In this document: positions 11,101 through 25,019 of the stretch, one piece after another
Numbering within the stretch: the stretch's first letter is position 1
Layout of the letters: each line of letters opens with the position of its first letter
Assembly (NCBI RefSeq): GCF_018350175.1
Contig: NC_058368.1
Coordinates: 57,414,001 to 57,478,000 of the forward strand
DNA from: Felis catus
Lineage: Eukaryota
Length of the DNA: 64,000 bases
Direction: 5' to 3'
The notes under the pieces: model-generated
What the model saw: the letters and a program-made list of their open reading frames with translations, nothing else
Told to the model about the DNA's origin: nothing
The model's database searches: none
Program-made: the position numbers and the translations under genes

Positions 11101-14100
11101 AACACTTGGGATGGAAGAAGAAAACGGGATGCTGATTTTAAATCTGACTTCAATTATGTGAAGAGCTCTTTTCCAGAATATAATAAATAATCTTAAAAAT
11201 CTTAAATGAGATTTCTCAGGCAAAATTTTGGAAAATACTTAGGAGGTGAGTGACTTGTAACCACAAAAAATACAGAGGTTTAAACTCTAGATATTTTAGC
11301 ATAGATTTTGTTTAGTTTAATTCACAAAAACCTTTCCATTTAATGACTGTGTGTTTTCTAAGAAAACATCAATTAGATATTCTGTGGTTTAAAGAAAGGA
11401 TCATCATTACTGTTGTGGGTTGAGATGAAAAATGAATCATGAGAAAATAAATCATGCTATATTTGAACAAATTATACACTTGCAATAATTTTTAAAATCC
11501 CTAAGAAAGAGAAATAGGATTTTTTTTTGTTGCAATGGGGTTTATCTAACATTTCTAACTATAAACCGTAAGAGAGCTGGAGTTAAAATGGATAAATCTT
11601 GATGGCATTGTTTTAAAAGAAGAAAATCTATTACATTGAGACTTGAATGTATTCAGAATATTGTTTCCATTTAGACTATGAAAAATTTTCAGCCTCTTGC
11701 ATTATTTTTGCATGCTTAAACTTTCACTTTTGTATTAATTTAATGTTTATTCATTAAATTTAGAAACACAATGAAGTGCTATCATGAAAATAAGTATCTA
11801 AAGCCTTATTCTAAACAGTGTTCATTCTCATAAGTTGATGAAAATGGGCTGTAAATTGAAAGTGCCATTTCCTTACAACTATGGCAACCTACATATTGTT
11901 TTAATGACAAATGCCAGTATAAAGCTTTACCAAGCATCAAAAATGCTCTAAAACAAACACTTCTTTGTATTATATATTTGAATTGATAGCCTGCAGAGCT
12001 AAGACAACAGTCCTCTATCACTTAAGAAGTTGATATAAATGGCTCTGTAAACTCTATATTATTTCTTTATTACTTGCTATGATATTGTGTGGCTACATCA
12101 CTTATCAAATTGTAAGTTTCAAGGTGTTATCTCAGGTTAAAATGAAAGCCTTAGTCAAAAGCTTATGTGAATTTTATTGCCATCAATGACTTTTGGTGTT
12201 ATTTCAATGTAGTACAAAAATATCTTTATTTTATTAAATCAATATGCTAAAGAAATGAAAATAGGCTTTAATATAATTTTTCCTTCCATTAAATAAACAA
12301 CTTTTAACTTAAAAAATAAGATGAGTAAAGGTATCATAAAAATGATAGTAAATACTCAGATTTAACATTACAACATTTGGTTTAAATTAAGTGTTGACTT
12401 TACAGTATGGTATATCGTGTACTATTAGATGCTGTAGAAGAAAATGTCTTAAGTTACTACTTTAGTAACTTAATGTCTTAAGTTACTACTTAATTCCTAC
12501 TTCTTTCAGCTTAATATTACTTATTGTTTGAAAGTTAATTTTGTAGTTTTAATTTTGCTCAGTATTGGAAGACAACTAAACATAGACATTTTTTGAAAAT
12601 GGTGTCATAATTTACTCATGTCATTTAGATATGACTTCCTTTTTTATAATTGGTAATAAACATTACTGAATATGACTTGGCATAATATTTCTGAAGATGT
12701 ATTGGGCTAATATTTGGAAACTGATGCTTATGTTGGCTCAAAGAGCGATTATATCTCTGAATAAGCTAAGAGTTGATGGGTGTGCCATATGCATGCATAA
12801 ATGATGCTTTCATCCTTTGCATCTGTTCAGATTAATAATGATAATTCTTAAACAGTGATTTTCATCTTTAAGAGTGTTACAAATGCCAACTAATTAGTTA
12901 ATCCCTTAAGTGCTTAATTGCATATTGATAATTAAATACGCTCTTTGCCGACAAAGGTTATAGGCCAAAAATTAAAAGAGGAGTCATATTAAGCCTGATT
13001 TCCTAACCAACGGGTTGAAGATGTGACTTTCATACATTTGGGCAGAAGCACCCTCAATAGCTTATTTCTGAAAATATATTTTGCAGAAAATTATTTCCAC
13101 AATATTGAGAAATGCTATGTAATTACTCATACAATTCCTATTTTGAGAAATACAAAGAACATTAGTATATTAAAGCTATTGAGATATATATGTAAGCTAT
13201 TGATTTTCATGAAATACAGAACATCAGAAACTTACTTGGTCTTTGAATTTCTTTTTCTTGAGACCCAACAACATTTCTTGGAACAAGTATTGTTTGGAAG
13301 GACTTTTGGAAATGACGCAGTTTGTTTTATGATACCACTCACAGAGGTGGAAAATTATTAGTTATACTTTTTCTTACTTGGCTGCATGGCTTTTTGTATT
13401 CAAAGGACTTTTCAAGTGTCCTTTCTTTCAAATGGTTCTGAATATTATTTCAGGCTTAATATGAGGAATCTTATGAAATCAAAACACAACAAAAATTGAT
13501 TTCCTACTGTCACTGACCTATCCACAATGACTCACCACTAAAACTAAATCCTCCCATACTGGCATTTCTAAATTGCCCTTTTTACATTTTTAGTTGGGAT
13601 ATTTCTTCCTTGTGAGGGATTTCATCACACACAGTAGAAGATTTAACATTCTTGACCCCATTCCCAACTTCTCTCTCACTTTCAAACTAGGTTATATACT
13701 GCCAATTATTATTTTATAATTAGCATGAATTGTGTCCTCAATGTGTCTATGTTTTTAAAGGTCATATCTCATAATCTTGTGACAGTTTGTACAGTTTGTT
13801 ACACACAGTATTTATTCATTAAAGATTATTGAATTACTGCTACATAGTATTTTTCAGAAGAATTGAGGATATAGCTACTGTTTTCTCAAGATCAATATCC
13901 AAAACTGTACATAGATAAGTTCTTGGACAAGAAAACCTACTGTAAAACCAAGAATTATATCAGAAACTTTGTTTTCCATAAAGAAATTACCATTGTAAAA
14001 TATTTTTTTTATGTGTGAAAAATCTGGTGAATTAATCTGAACACATTATAAAATGGAAAACAAAAACTGCAAATTGACAAATGTGCTGAGTAATGAAGAC

Positions 14101-15239
14101 CTCAGCCTGTTTTATTCATTTTATACATATTAGCAATATCTATATTGCTACTTAGGCAAATGGACAGAGGGTCAGTTATTGGAGACAATTTTTAGTAGCA
14201 CATCATGGAAACACAATGAATATTTTAAATTAATTAGTGAATGGATGGTCAATATGGCAAAGGTATGTGTCTTCATGTAAAGGTCGGTACTTAATGTGGG
14301 GTCAGTTCTGTCTTCTACTAGATATCATGCTTTTCTGTAATTCATATTTATTCTGACCCACCAATTATCATTAAGGTTGCCACTAAGGATTAGTCTGAGT
14401 TATTTGTTGTTGTTGTGTGTCGTTTTTCTGTGTATCTGTATCTATACAACAGTAAACTCCTTAAACTTTTAGCTGACTATATGAATAACCTGACTGCAAC
14501 AGTAAGTTTATGATGGGTAAGTTGTCTATATTATCAATGATCTTTTAGAAAATTATATCTTTTTGCCTGAATACAATAACCAAAAAGAAATGACTACCAC
14601 TCTACAAAAATATATTGTGTCTTTGTTCTCTCTGTAAAAACGGTTTACGTAAATTAAGTGTGTAAAATATTCACTCAAGAATGGCCCAGAGGTATCTTGA
14701 GAAGAAATTTTAAATGAAGTGATCAGAATGATTGGAGTCATGGCAACAGATCAATTGAATTCCTATTTGAGAGCAAAGCCAGACTGAAAAATTCTTTAAC
14801 AGTAAAGCATGTAAAGGAGTTTTTAATTTCATGATATATAATTTTAGAAAGTAGTTAAAGAAGCAAGAGGCCAAAGTTTTGAGAGCACTGGTTATTTGTA
14901 CTCTTCAAAATATATTTAATTTTTATGCAATTAAACCAATATGTTATCTGGTAAAGTAACTCCAACATTTTGGGAGATATTAACTACTTGGGTTTGTTGA
15001 CGTGGAGTAAGGATGTAAAGAATCTATTCTAAACCTGCTAAAATGTGTCTTGACATATTGAGTATTATTTAGAGCAAAAGCCATTTAGCTATGTAAGACA
15101 ATCACCACAAATTCACATTTTCTCAAGTAGAACGTCATGACACAACAACATGATGAAGATAAATGGGAAAGAAGAAGAGTTACATCTATTTGGTCCAGAA
15201 AGTGCCAGAAACTATGATCTCTTTATACCTGGTATTCTA

Positions 15240-15405
15240 TCAGGATGGCTTTTCTGTGTTCTATTTTCTTATGAGTAAGCTGGGACTAATAATAACGTCT
15301 ATTTCATAGGATTGTTGTGAAGAGTATTTGAGATAATATATGTAAATGCTTATAAAGAATAAAGACTGTACTAAGTGCCTAATTAAGTTATTATTAATAT
15401 TATTG
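15240..15405 (+). mobile_element. MIR
   Basis: 'ataataacgtctatttcataggattgttgtgaagagtatttgagataatatatgtaaatgctt' MIR core. Confidence 0.75.
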
Positions 15406-16204
15406 TGTACAATTATAGGATGCAACTCGAGAAGAGGTTTAACTGTTCAAAACATCTTTCTTTTTTCCTACAAATCTTCAGATGATGGAAATTCTGACAT
15501 TGTAACTAATTCCTTTTTGTTAAATCACTTGCTAAAAATGCCAGTTGGAAATACAGGATATCAACTTCACTGTAACTTTGGTAAGAAAGGTTTACTTAAA
15601 ATCTTTCCCAGTTGAAGGTAATTTAGAGCATGTTTTGATTTTGGAGTTTAGAAGTTTGAGAAATTTATGAAGTGAAACAGTGCAAACTGCAGTATGGGAT
15701 TTTGGAAAACATTGGCAACATACTTTCATTGGAAAGGTAGGAGGAGACTAGAAAGGACAGAAATCTTGAAAAACTAAATGTAAAATATTTCAAATTTTCC
15801 AAAAGTGCAAAAAAAAAAAAAAAAGAAATGGCTATTTTTAAGAAACTGTGCTTTGTGGTATATCTGAATTTGACTAAAGTAATATCCTCTCAAATATGAC
15901 AAAAAAATCCTTAATACGGGAAAAGGGCTTACTTAAATAGCACATATACTCACTATTTTGCAGACACATTTTAAAATTAAAATGTAGGCATGACTACAAT
16001 ACTTACATACAAGGCAACCTTATTTACAGAACTTTGAAATTGATAAATATTATATATCAGAATGTACACATTACAGGTTCTGCAAGCTTTGATTCTGAGT
16101 TAGTAACTACAGTATATTAGAAAATTACACAATAAGAAAATAATTACATTAATGACAAAGTGTTGTCATCTCACCAGAGTACACATGAAGAAATGAAGTT
16201 AGTG

Positions 16205-16442
16205 TTTATGTATGTATGTACGTATGTATGTATGTATGTTTATTTATTTATTTTTGAGAGAGAGAATGAGAGATTACAGGTGGGGAAGTGGCAGACAGAG
16301 AAAGGGAGACACAGAATCCCAAGCAGGCTCCAGGCTCTGAGCTGTCAGCACAGAACCCTAGGTGGAACTCAAACCCATGGACAGTGAGATCATGACCTGA
16401 GCTGAAGTTGGATACTTAACCCTCTGAGCCACCCAGGTGCCC
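16205..16442 (-). mobile_element. Can-SINE with (TATG)n tail
   Basis: full reverse SINE body; TSD tgaagttag(tg/ca)ttt. Confidence 0.95.
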
Positions 16443-16986
16443 TGAAGTTAGCATTTCTAAACATATAAAAGGAGATTTATTTAACAGCAACCAAAAAATT
16501 TAGAGACTTCATACAACTACCATGCCCATAAAAAATGACCTTGAAATGGTATTACATTTTATCTTAAAAAAAAGAATAGCTAAAATTATCACTATTATGT
16601 AATAAAACATAAATTGTAAGTTATTGGGACTTTTAAATTAGGTGATATATAAATGTTATACAGCATTGTCTCCATACTAGCTAGAGTCATCAAATTGTCC
16701 ATAGGATTTTTCTTTTCTATTCTCTAGGATATTACAACCTTCAAAAAAATAAAAGATTTCTCAATTTAAATTGCTTTCAGATCCCTACCATTTTGCTAAT
16801 TACTGTACCTTGTCCCTCTCTCTGACATTTTGTCAGTTTTACTGAGGTAATGGTTGCATATATTACAGAAAATTTAGTTCTGAAAGTCTAATCTGATAAA
16901 AAATTTACATAACTGTTGATTGCAAATCAAGTCTCTGAGGAGGAGGTAGAATGGAAAGCTAAGCAGCTAGAAACTTTTTTCAAGAC

Positions 16987-17089
16987 TTTTTTTTTTTTAA
17001 GTAAACTCTACCCCCAGCATGGGGCTCGACCTCAGGATCCCCCAGATCAAGAGCCACAGGCTCTACCTCCTGAGCCTGCCAGGCACCCC
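16987..17089 (-). mobile_element. Short Can-SINE
   Basis: ttttaagtaaactctac...ggggctcgacctc...gatcaagag...ccaggcacccc. Confidence 0.85.
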
Positions 17090-18876
17090 TCAAGGTTTCC
17101 TTCTTGGAATAATTCCTTAACATAGGAAACAACAAATAGTAATTTCCTACTTAAACATATTTAATAATATACAATTCATTCATTTCATTATTAAACTAGA
17201 ATTTTAAGTTTTCTCAGGGGTAAGCTACTTCATATTTAAATATTGAAAAAAGCTACATCTAAAATATCAATTAAATCTGTTGGCACAGATTTCTATTAGA
17301 TTTTTGCCAAACCTCTAGTTTCCTTACACATTTTTAATTAGTAATGTTAATTTTTTGGACAGATTTTGTACTGTTAATTTTTCTAATATGGCTTAAGTAA
17401 AATAATGTTGAACGTGAAAAGTACATTGTGGTTTATTCAGCTTAACACTGATGTGATTATTTAGCATAGTAAAAGAAAGCAGAAACAGTCTCATATTTTT
17501 TGTATTTGTCATTTTACTACTTTCCTAATTTTCATGGATTAGTGGCCAAAGTAAATTCAACAGGGAGTCTATAAGAGAGGTAGGGTTTTATACAACACTC
17601 ATTTTATATTTTGCAGAACCCCCTGCTAAAATGAATTTCAGAAAGTGAAACAAGGACTTCAAACCATCATGACATTCAAATCTTTCTTCCTTGAATATAG
17701 ACAAATAGGCCTGGTTTTACCTCTCCATCAGTCCCAACTGCAATTAGAAAAATTAAGCAAAGGGCAACCCGAACTGAACAGACCTTCAGAAGGCCAGCCC
17801 TCCCTAAGGTTCATCTGTTATACCTAAGCACAGAAGACCAGCAGAGAGCCAGAAAGCCTGAGTGGAAACTGCTTACTCATATTGAAGTCAGTAATTTGAC
17901 CCCCAAATTAAGTGGAAGTATTGACCAGTAGGTACTGGATCCAAAGAACTGGCCAATTACTCTTCATCCCACAGGAAGCATGGGGTATAAGAAAGTAGAT
18001 GGGGGCTGACATGGTTTTTACAACTAGGAATGGCAAAATCAGATTCTTTATGGTTTTCTATTTTTAACTAAAAATAAATACCCAAATAAAACATAAGAAA
18101 TGTCAATAGTTTCCGGGTGTTTTTTTTTTGACAATTGAAACAGAACTGTAAGTCAATAATGTTTTCAGTCACTTAAGAAGATACCATATTCCAGCCTAAA
18201 TTAAAAGTATGTCATAACCAAGATCATCGTGTTCAGTGTAGAGTGTGTTTGCCTATTTATTTATGATGTCTCAAGGTTTTATTTAAATTCTAGTTTGTTA
18301 ACATATAGTGTAATATTAATTTCAAGAGTAAAATCTAGTGATTCATCACTTACATATGACACCCCATGTTCATCACAAGTGCCCTCCATTGCCTATTTAG
18401 TCCACCACTCCACACACTTCCCCTCCAGCAACCCTCAGTTTGTTCTCTATGGTTAAGAGTCTCTTTTGTGGCTTGCATATCTTTTTTTTTCTGACCCCTA
18501 TGTTCATCTGTTTTGTTTATTAAATTCCACATATGAGTGAAATCATATGGTATTTGTTTTTTGCTGACTTATTTCACTTAGCATAACACACTCTAGCTTC
18601 ATCCATGTTGCAAATAGCAAGATTCATTCCTTCTTATGTGAGTAATATTCTATTGTGTGTGTGTGTGTATACACACATATATATATTCCTCATCTTCTTT
18701 ATGCATTCATCAGTCAATGAACATTTGGGCTCTTTCATAATTTGGCTATTGTTGATAAAATTGCTATAACCATTGAAGTGCATGTGCCTCTTCAAATCAG
18801 TGTTTTTGTATCCTTTGGGTAAACACACAGTAGTGTAATTGCTGGGTCATAGGGTAGTTCAATTTTTAACTTTTAA

Positions 18877-19063
18877 TTTTTTTAATGTTTGAGAGACTAA
18901 GAGACAGAGTGTGAGCAGGGGAGGGGCAGAGAGAGAGGGAGACCCAGAATATGCAGCAGATTCCAGGAGCACAGAGCCCGATGTGGGGCTTGAACTCATG
19001 AACTGTGAGATCATGACCTGACCAAAGTCAGTTGTTTAAGCCACTGAGCCACCCAGGTGCCCC
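18877..19063 (-). mobile_element. Can-SINE nested in L1 ORF2
   Basis: perfect TSD caatttttaacttttaa at 18860-18876 and 19064-19080. Confidence 0.95.
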
Positions 19064-21748
19064 CAATTTTTAACTTTTAAAAGGAATCTCCATAATGCTT
19101 TCCAGAGTGGCTGCACTAGTTTACATTGCTACAAACACTGTAAGAAGGTTGCCCTTTCTCCACACCCTTGCCAACATTTGTTGTTTCCTGTGTTAATTTT
19201 AGGCATTCTGACAGGTGTGAGGTGGTATATCATCGTGATTTTGATTTGTATTTCCCTGATGATGAGTGATGTTGAGCATATTTTCATGTGTCTGTTAGCC
19301 ATCTCTACATCTTCTCTGGAAAAGTGTCTATTCATGGCTTCTGTCCATTTCTTAACTGGGTTGTTTGTTTTTGGGTGTTGAGTTTGAGAAGTTCTTTATA
19401 GATTTTGGATACTAACCATTTATCAGATATTTCATTTGCAAATACCTTTTCTCATTCCGTAGGACGTTTTCCTTCCATTTCTATTTTTTTGGAACAGTTT
19501 GAGAAGAAGGGGTATTAACTTTTATTTTAATATTTGGTAGAATTCCCCTGGGAAGTTTGTTGATTGTTTCCTTTACTGTGCAGAAACTTTTTACCTTGAT
19601 GAAGTCCCAATAGTTCATGTGCTTTTGTTTCCCTTGTTTCAGGAGACATGTCTAGTAAGAAGTTGCTATGGCTGATGTCAAAGAGGTTGTTGCCTGTGTT
19701 CTTCTCTAGGATTTTGATGGTTCCCTGTCATACTTAGGTCTTTTATCCATTTTGAATTTATTTTTGTGTATAGCATAAGAAAAGTGCCCAGTTGTATTCT
19801 TCTGCATGTTGCTTTCCACTTTTCCCAACACTATTTGTTGACGAGACTGTCTTTTATCCATTGGATATTCTTTCCTGACTTGTCAAATATTAGTTGACCA
19901 CATAGTTGTGGGTCTGTTTCTGAGTTTTCTATTCTGATCCAATGATCTGTGTGTCTGCTTTTGTGCCAGTACTATATTGTCTTGATGACTATAGCTTTGT
20001 AATATAGTTTGAAATCTGGAGTTGCAAAGCCTCTAGCTTTGCTTTTCTTTTTCAAGATTGCTTTGACTATTCAGGGTCTTTTTGGTTTCATACAAACTTT
20101 AGGTTATTTGTTCTAGCTCTGTGAAAAGTGCTGGTGATATTTTGATAGAGACTGCATTAAATGTGTAGATTGCTTTGGGCTGTATTTTAAGAATATTTGT
20201 TCCCTTATTCCATGAGCATGGAATGTTTTTCCATTTCTTTGTTTCATCTTCAACTTCGTTTGTGTTTTATAGTTTCCAGAATACAGATCTTTTACCTCTA
20301 TGGTTATGTTTATTCCTATGCATCTTGTGGTTTTTGGTGCAATTGTAAATGGGATCAATTCCTTGATTTCTTTTTCTGCTGCCTCATTATGGGTGTATAG
20401 AGATGCCACCGATTTCCATATGTCAATTTTGTATCCTGTGACTTTGCTGAATTTGAGTATCAGTTCTAGCAATTTTTTGGGTGGAAACTTTCAGGTTTTC
20501 TACAAGAGTATCCTGGCATCTATGAATAGTGAAATTTTGACTTCTTCCTTGCTGTTTTGGACACCTTTTATTTCTTTTTGTTGTCTAAATGCTGAGGCTA
20601 GGACTTCTAGTAATAGGTTATAAAACAATGATCAGGGTGGACATCCCTGTCTGCTTCCTGACCATGGAGGAAAAGCTCTCAGTTTTCCCTATTGAGGATG
20701 ATATTAGCTGTAGGTCTTTTGGAAGTGGTCTTTATGATGTTGAGGTCTCCCTACTTTGTTGAGGGTTTTTATCAAGAATGGATGCTGCACTTTGTCAAAT
20801 ATTTTTCCTATATCTGTTGAGAGAATCATGTGGTTCTTATACTTTCTTTTGTTAATGTGGTGTATCATGTTGATTGATTTGCAGATATTGAACCACACTT
20901 CCAGCCCAAGAATAAATCCAACTTGATCATGGTGAATGATTCTTCTAATGTACTGTTTGTTGGATTTGACTTGCTAATATTTTTTTGATAATTTTTCCAT
21001 CCATGTTCATCAGGAATATTTTTTTCTGCTTTTGGAATCACTGTAATGCTGACTTCATAGATTAAGTTTGGAAGTTGGCCTTCCATTTCTATTTTTTGGA
21101 ACAGTTTGAGAAGAATAGGTATTAACTCTTCTTTAATATTTGGTAGAATTCCCCCGGGAAGCCATCTGGCCTTGAACATTTGTTTGTTGGGAGATTTTTA
21201 ATTACTGATTCAACTTCTTTGCTGGTTATCAGCCTGTTCAAGTTTTCTATTTCTTCCTGTTTCAGTTTTGGTTGTTTATATTTTTCTCAGAATTTAACCA
21301 TTTCTTCCAGATTGCCCAATGTGTTGGCATGGAATTTTTATAATATTCTCTTCTAATTGTTTTTCTGTGATGTTGGTTGTGATATTTTCTCTCTCATTGT
21401 TATTTTATTTATTTGGGTCCTTCTCTCTTCTTTTGGACAAGTCTGGCTAGGGGTTTATCAATATTATTAAATTTTTCAAAAAACCAGCTCCTAGTTTCAT
21501 TGATCTGTTCTACTCTTTGGTTTGTTTCTATATCATTCATTTCTGCTCTAATCTTCACTATTTTTCTTCCTTTGCTATTTCAGGCTTCATATGCTTTTCT
21601 TTTAGTAACTCCTTTAGGTGTAAGGTTAGGCTGGGTATTTGAGATTTTTCTGACTCCTTGAGGTAGGCTTGTATTGCTATTTTAGGAATGCTTTTGTTAT
21701 ATCTCAAAGGTTTTGGACCATTGTGTTTTCATTTTTATTTGTTTCCAT

Positions 21749-21749
21749 A

Positions 21750-21818
<69 letters not shown>
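21749..21818. repeat. (TG)n microsatellite within L1
   Basis: imperfect then perfect TG run. Confidence 0.95.
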
Positions 21819-21820
<2 letters not shown>

Positions 21821-22082
21821 TTCTTCTGTAACATTCTGGTTAACTCACTTATTCATTAATAAATAGTCTTTAACATCCTTGGATTTGTGGTCTTTGAAAA
21901 TTTTTTTCTTGTGGTTGACTTCAAGTTTCATAGTGTTGTGGTTGGAAACTATGCATGCTATGATTTCAATTTTTTATACTTGTTGAGGCCTGACTTGTGA
22001 CCCAGTAGGTGATCTATATTTAAGAACATCCCATGTGCCTTGAAAAGAGTGTGTAATCTGCTGATTTAGGGTGAAACATTCT

Positions 22083-22284
22083 TTTTTTAAATTTTTTAAA
22101 ATTTTATTTATTTTGAGAGATAGAGCAGAGGAGGGACAGAGAGAGAGAGGGAGAGAGAGAATCCCAGGCAGGCTCCATGATGTCAGCATGGAGCTGGATG
22201 CAGGGCTTGAACTTACAAACCGTGAGATCATGACCTGAGCTTAAATCAAGAGTTGGATGCTTAACTGACTGAGCCAGGTCCCCC
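22083..22284 (-). mobile_element. Can-SINE nested in the L1 endonuclease region
   Basis: TSD tagggtgaaa(c/t)attct at 22067-22082 and 22285-22300. Confidence 0.95.
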
Positions 22285-25019
22285 TAGGGTGAAATATTCT
22301 AAATATATCTGTTAAGTCCACCTGGTCCAGTGTGTTATTCAAAGCCATTGTTTCCTTGTTGATGTTCTGCTTAGATGATCTATTGTTGTAAGTGGGGTGT
22401 TAAAGCCCCCTACTATTATTGTATTATGATCAGTGAGTTCCTTTATGTTTGTAACTGTTTTATATATTTGGGTTCTTTAAAGTTGGGGGCATTAAGTATT
22501 TATAATTGTTAGATATACTTGTTGGATAGTTCCCTTTATTATGATATAGTGCCCTTCGTCTCTTGTTACAGTCTTTGGTTTAAAATCTAGTTTGTCTTCT
22601 ATAAGTATGGCTACTCTGGATTTCTCTTGATGTTCATTAGCATGATAAATGGTTCCCCATCTTCTCACTTTCAATCTGCAGGTGTCTTTACATCTAAAAT
22701 GAATCTCTTGTAGGCAATATATATTGGTCTTTTTTTTTTTCTTTTTTGATTCATTCCAATACTTTATGTCTTTTGAATGGAACATTTAATCCATTTACAT
22801 TCAGCATGATTATTAATAGATACAAATTTAGTGCCATTGTATTACTTGTTAAGTCACTGTTATGGAGATTTTCTGTGTTCCTTTCCAGTCTTTGTTGCTT
22901 TGGTCTTTCCCACTCAAAGAGTCCCCTTTAATATTTCTTGCAGGGCTGATTTAGTAGTCATAAACTCCTTTAGTTTTTGCTTATCTGGGAAACTTTTTAT
23001 CTCTCCTTCTATTCTGCATGGCAGCCTTGCTGGATAGAGTATTCTTGGCTGCATTTTTTTTTCCATTCAGCACAGTGAGTATATCATGACACTCACTTCT
23101 AACCTGCCAAGTTTCTGTGGAGAAATCTGCTGCTAATTTGATTTGTCTTACCTTGTAGGTTAGGGATTTCTTTTCCCTTGCTGCTTTTAGGATTTCTTCC
23201 CCATCTTTCTATTTTGCAAATTTAACTATTAAATGTATTGGTGTTGGCCTGCTTTTGTTGATTTTGATGGGAGTTTTCTGTGCCTCCTGGATTTGAATGT
23301 CTGTTTCCTTCCCCAGATTAGGGAAGTTTTCAGCTATAATTTTCTAAAATAAACCTTCTGCTACTTTTTTTCCTCTCTTCTTCTTCCAGGACTTCTATGA
23401 TAAGAATGTTATTACACTTTATGGAGTTGCTGAGTTCCCTAAGTCTGCATTTGTGATCCAGTATTTTTCTTTCCCTCTTCAGCTTCATTATTTTCCATAA
23501 TTTTATCTTTTATATCACTTATTCCTCTACTTCTTCCATCTTTGTGGTCATTACATCCAGTTTCACATCTTGGTTATAGCATTTTTTCTTTCAGCCTGAC
23601 TAGTTTTTAGGTCTTTTTTTTTTTAATCTCTGTAGTAAGGGACTCCCTGGTGTCTTCAATGCTTTTCTCAAGCCCAGCTAGGATCCTTGTGATTGCTGCT
23701 TTAACTATGGATCAAGCATATCACTTATATCTGTTTCAAGTAGATCCCAGGCCATGGCCTTTTCTTGTTCTTTCTTTTGGGATGAATTTCCATCTTATCA
23801 TTTTGTCTAGGTCTCTAGTCTCTTCTGTGTTTTAGGAAAGACAGTTATGTTTCCTGCTCCTGACAGTAATGGTTTTATCAAGATGAGGTCATATATTGTC
23901 CAGGGCCTGGTGCCTCACGAAGTGTTTCTGGAGTATGCTATATGCACTCTGCTGCTGTGTTTTAGCTGCTTTCCCCCCCTCAGGTCAGAACTCTGTAGAG
24001 TTTCTTTTTGCCTGCAGTGGAGAATGTTGGGATTTGACTAGTGTGGTGAGTTTTAAATAGATGTGCTCTTGTCTGCTTGTTAAAAGAGTCCTGATCCTAT
24101 TTCCACTACGGTTGAAGTTTGTAGCACTCTAGGGTTAGTAAGTGGTGGGTGCAGGGGATTGTGCTGGTCTTCTCTGGAGGTCTCCCCTCTGGTTCTCAGA
24201 CATACTAGCTCTAGTAAAAAAGCACCTGCACGCTGTGGGGTGCCAGGGCTTGGTGTAACTGTTTCAGGCCTCCTCTGTTGGTGCTGTGCTGCTCACTTAA
24301 GTCAGTCAGTGCTGATGGGTGGGGAAAAATGGTGCCAGCCCTCTCCTGGAAGGGGAGTTCATGCCTGTCACAATTTCCCCTTATGCATCCCAGGCATCCC
24401 TAAGATCTCTGCCTCCACTCTGTGTCTTGGCTATCTGCCCACTCAGCAGTGCAGCAACCTGTGTTTTATTTCAAGCACACCAGCTGAGTTTCAAAACTCT
24501 AAACTTTAGAGACCTGGAATGATGCGGACCCACACTGGTCCTGTGGGGGAGGGTCTCACCACTCTGGGGCTGGTGCTGGTTTGTGCAAAAGGGCAGTTGC
24601 ACCAACATGCAGGAGCTTGGAGTTTAAAGTGCAGCAAACAGCCTGAGTCCAGGTTAGCTGTCCTCAGCAGGTGCTTCTGCTCCTATGCTTAAGGGGTGGG
24701 AGAATGCAATGATGCCTATGCTGTCTTTTCTCCTGTGAGAGGCAGAGCCACCTCTCCCAGATGTTCCCTGAGAAGGGGGAACTGTCTCTCCCAGTGTGTT
24801 CCAGGTGATCCTCATATCGTGCTGTCCACCCTCAGGCCTCTGCATTCCTTCTCCACAGGAAAGTGCAGAGTTTAAATGCTGTCAAAATTAAATTTGCTAT
24901 ATTTAAACTGTATTATTTCTCAACTTCACATTCATAGCTATTATCTAAGAGGAAAAAGTTTAAGAAAATATTAAATTGCTCCTCTGTGATGATGATGTCA
25001 TAAAGCAAAGCAAAAACAA

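Larger units (their letters stand above)
18250..24860 (-). mobile_element. Near-full-length carnivore L1, inactivated (5'UTR about 23.85-24.86 kb, ORF1 about 22.93-23.83 kb, ORF2 about 18.54-22.84 kb, 3'UTR)
   Basis: minus-strand ORF2 peptides: endonuclease IIMLNVNGLNVPFKRHKV and IYCLQEIHFRCKDTCRLKV, LIPILLKLFQKIE, RT-region FSKVTGYKIDI, C-terminal [21 protein letters not shown]; many stops and frameshifts; possible TSD agtg(t/c)agagt. Confidence 0.97.

Noticed and set aside
14131..14150. Short palindromes (tagcaatat-ct-atattgcta; similar ones near 7358, 29039 and 53798)
   Set aside because: Arms of 8-9 bp in AT-rich DNA are expected by chance, and there is no supporting context.
24040..24860. 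GC-richer region as a host gene promoter or CpG island
   Set aside because: It is the CpG-depleted 5'UTR of the L1.
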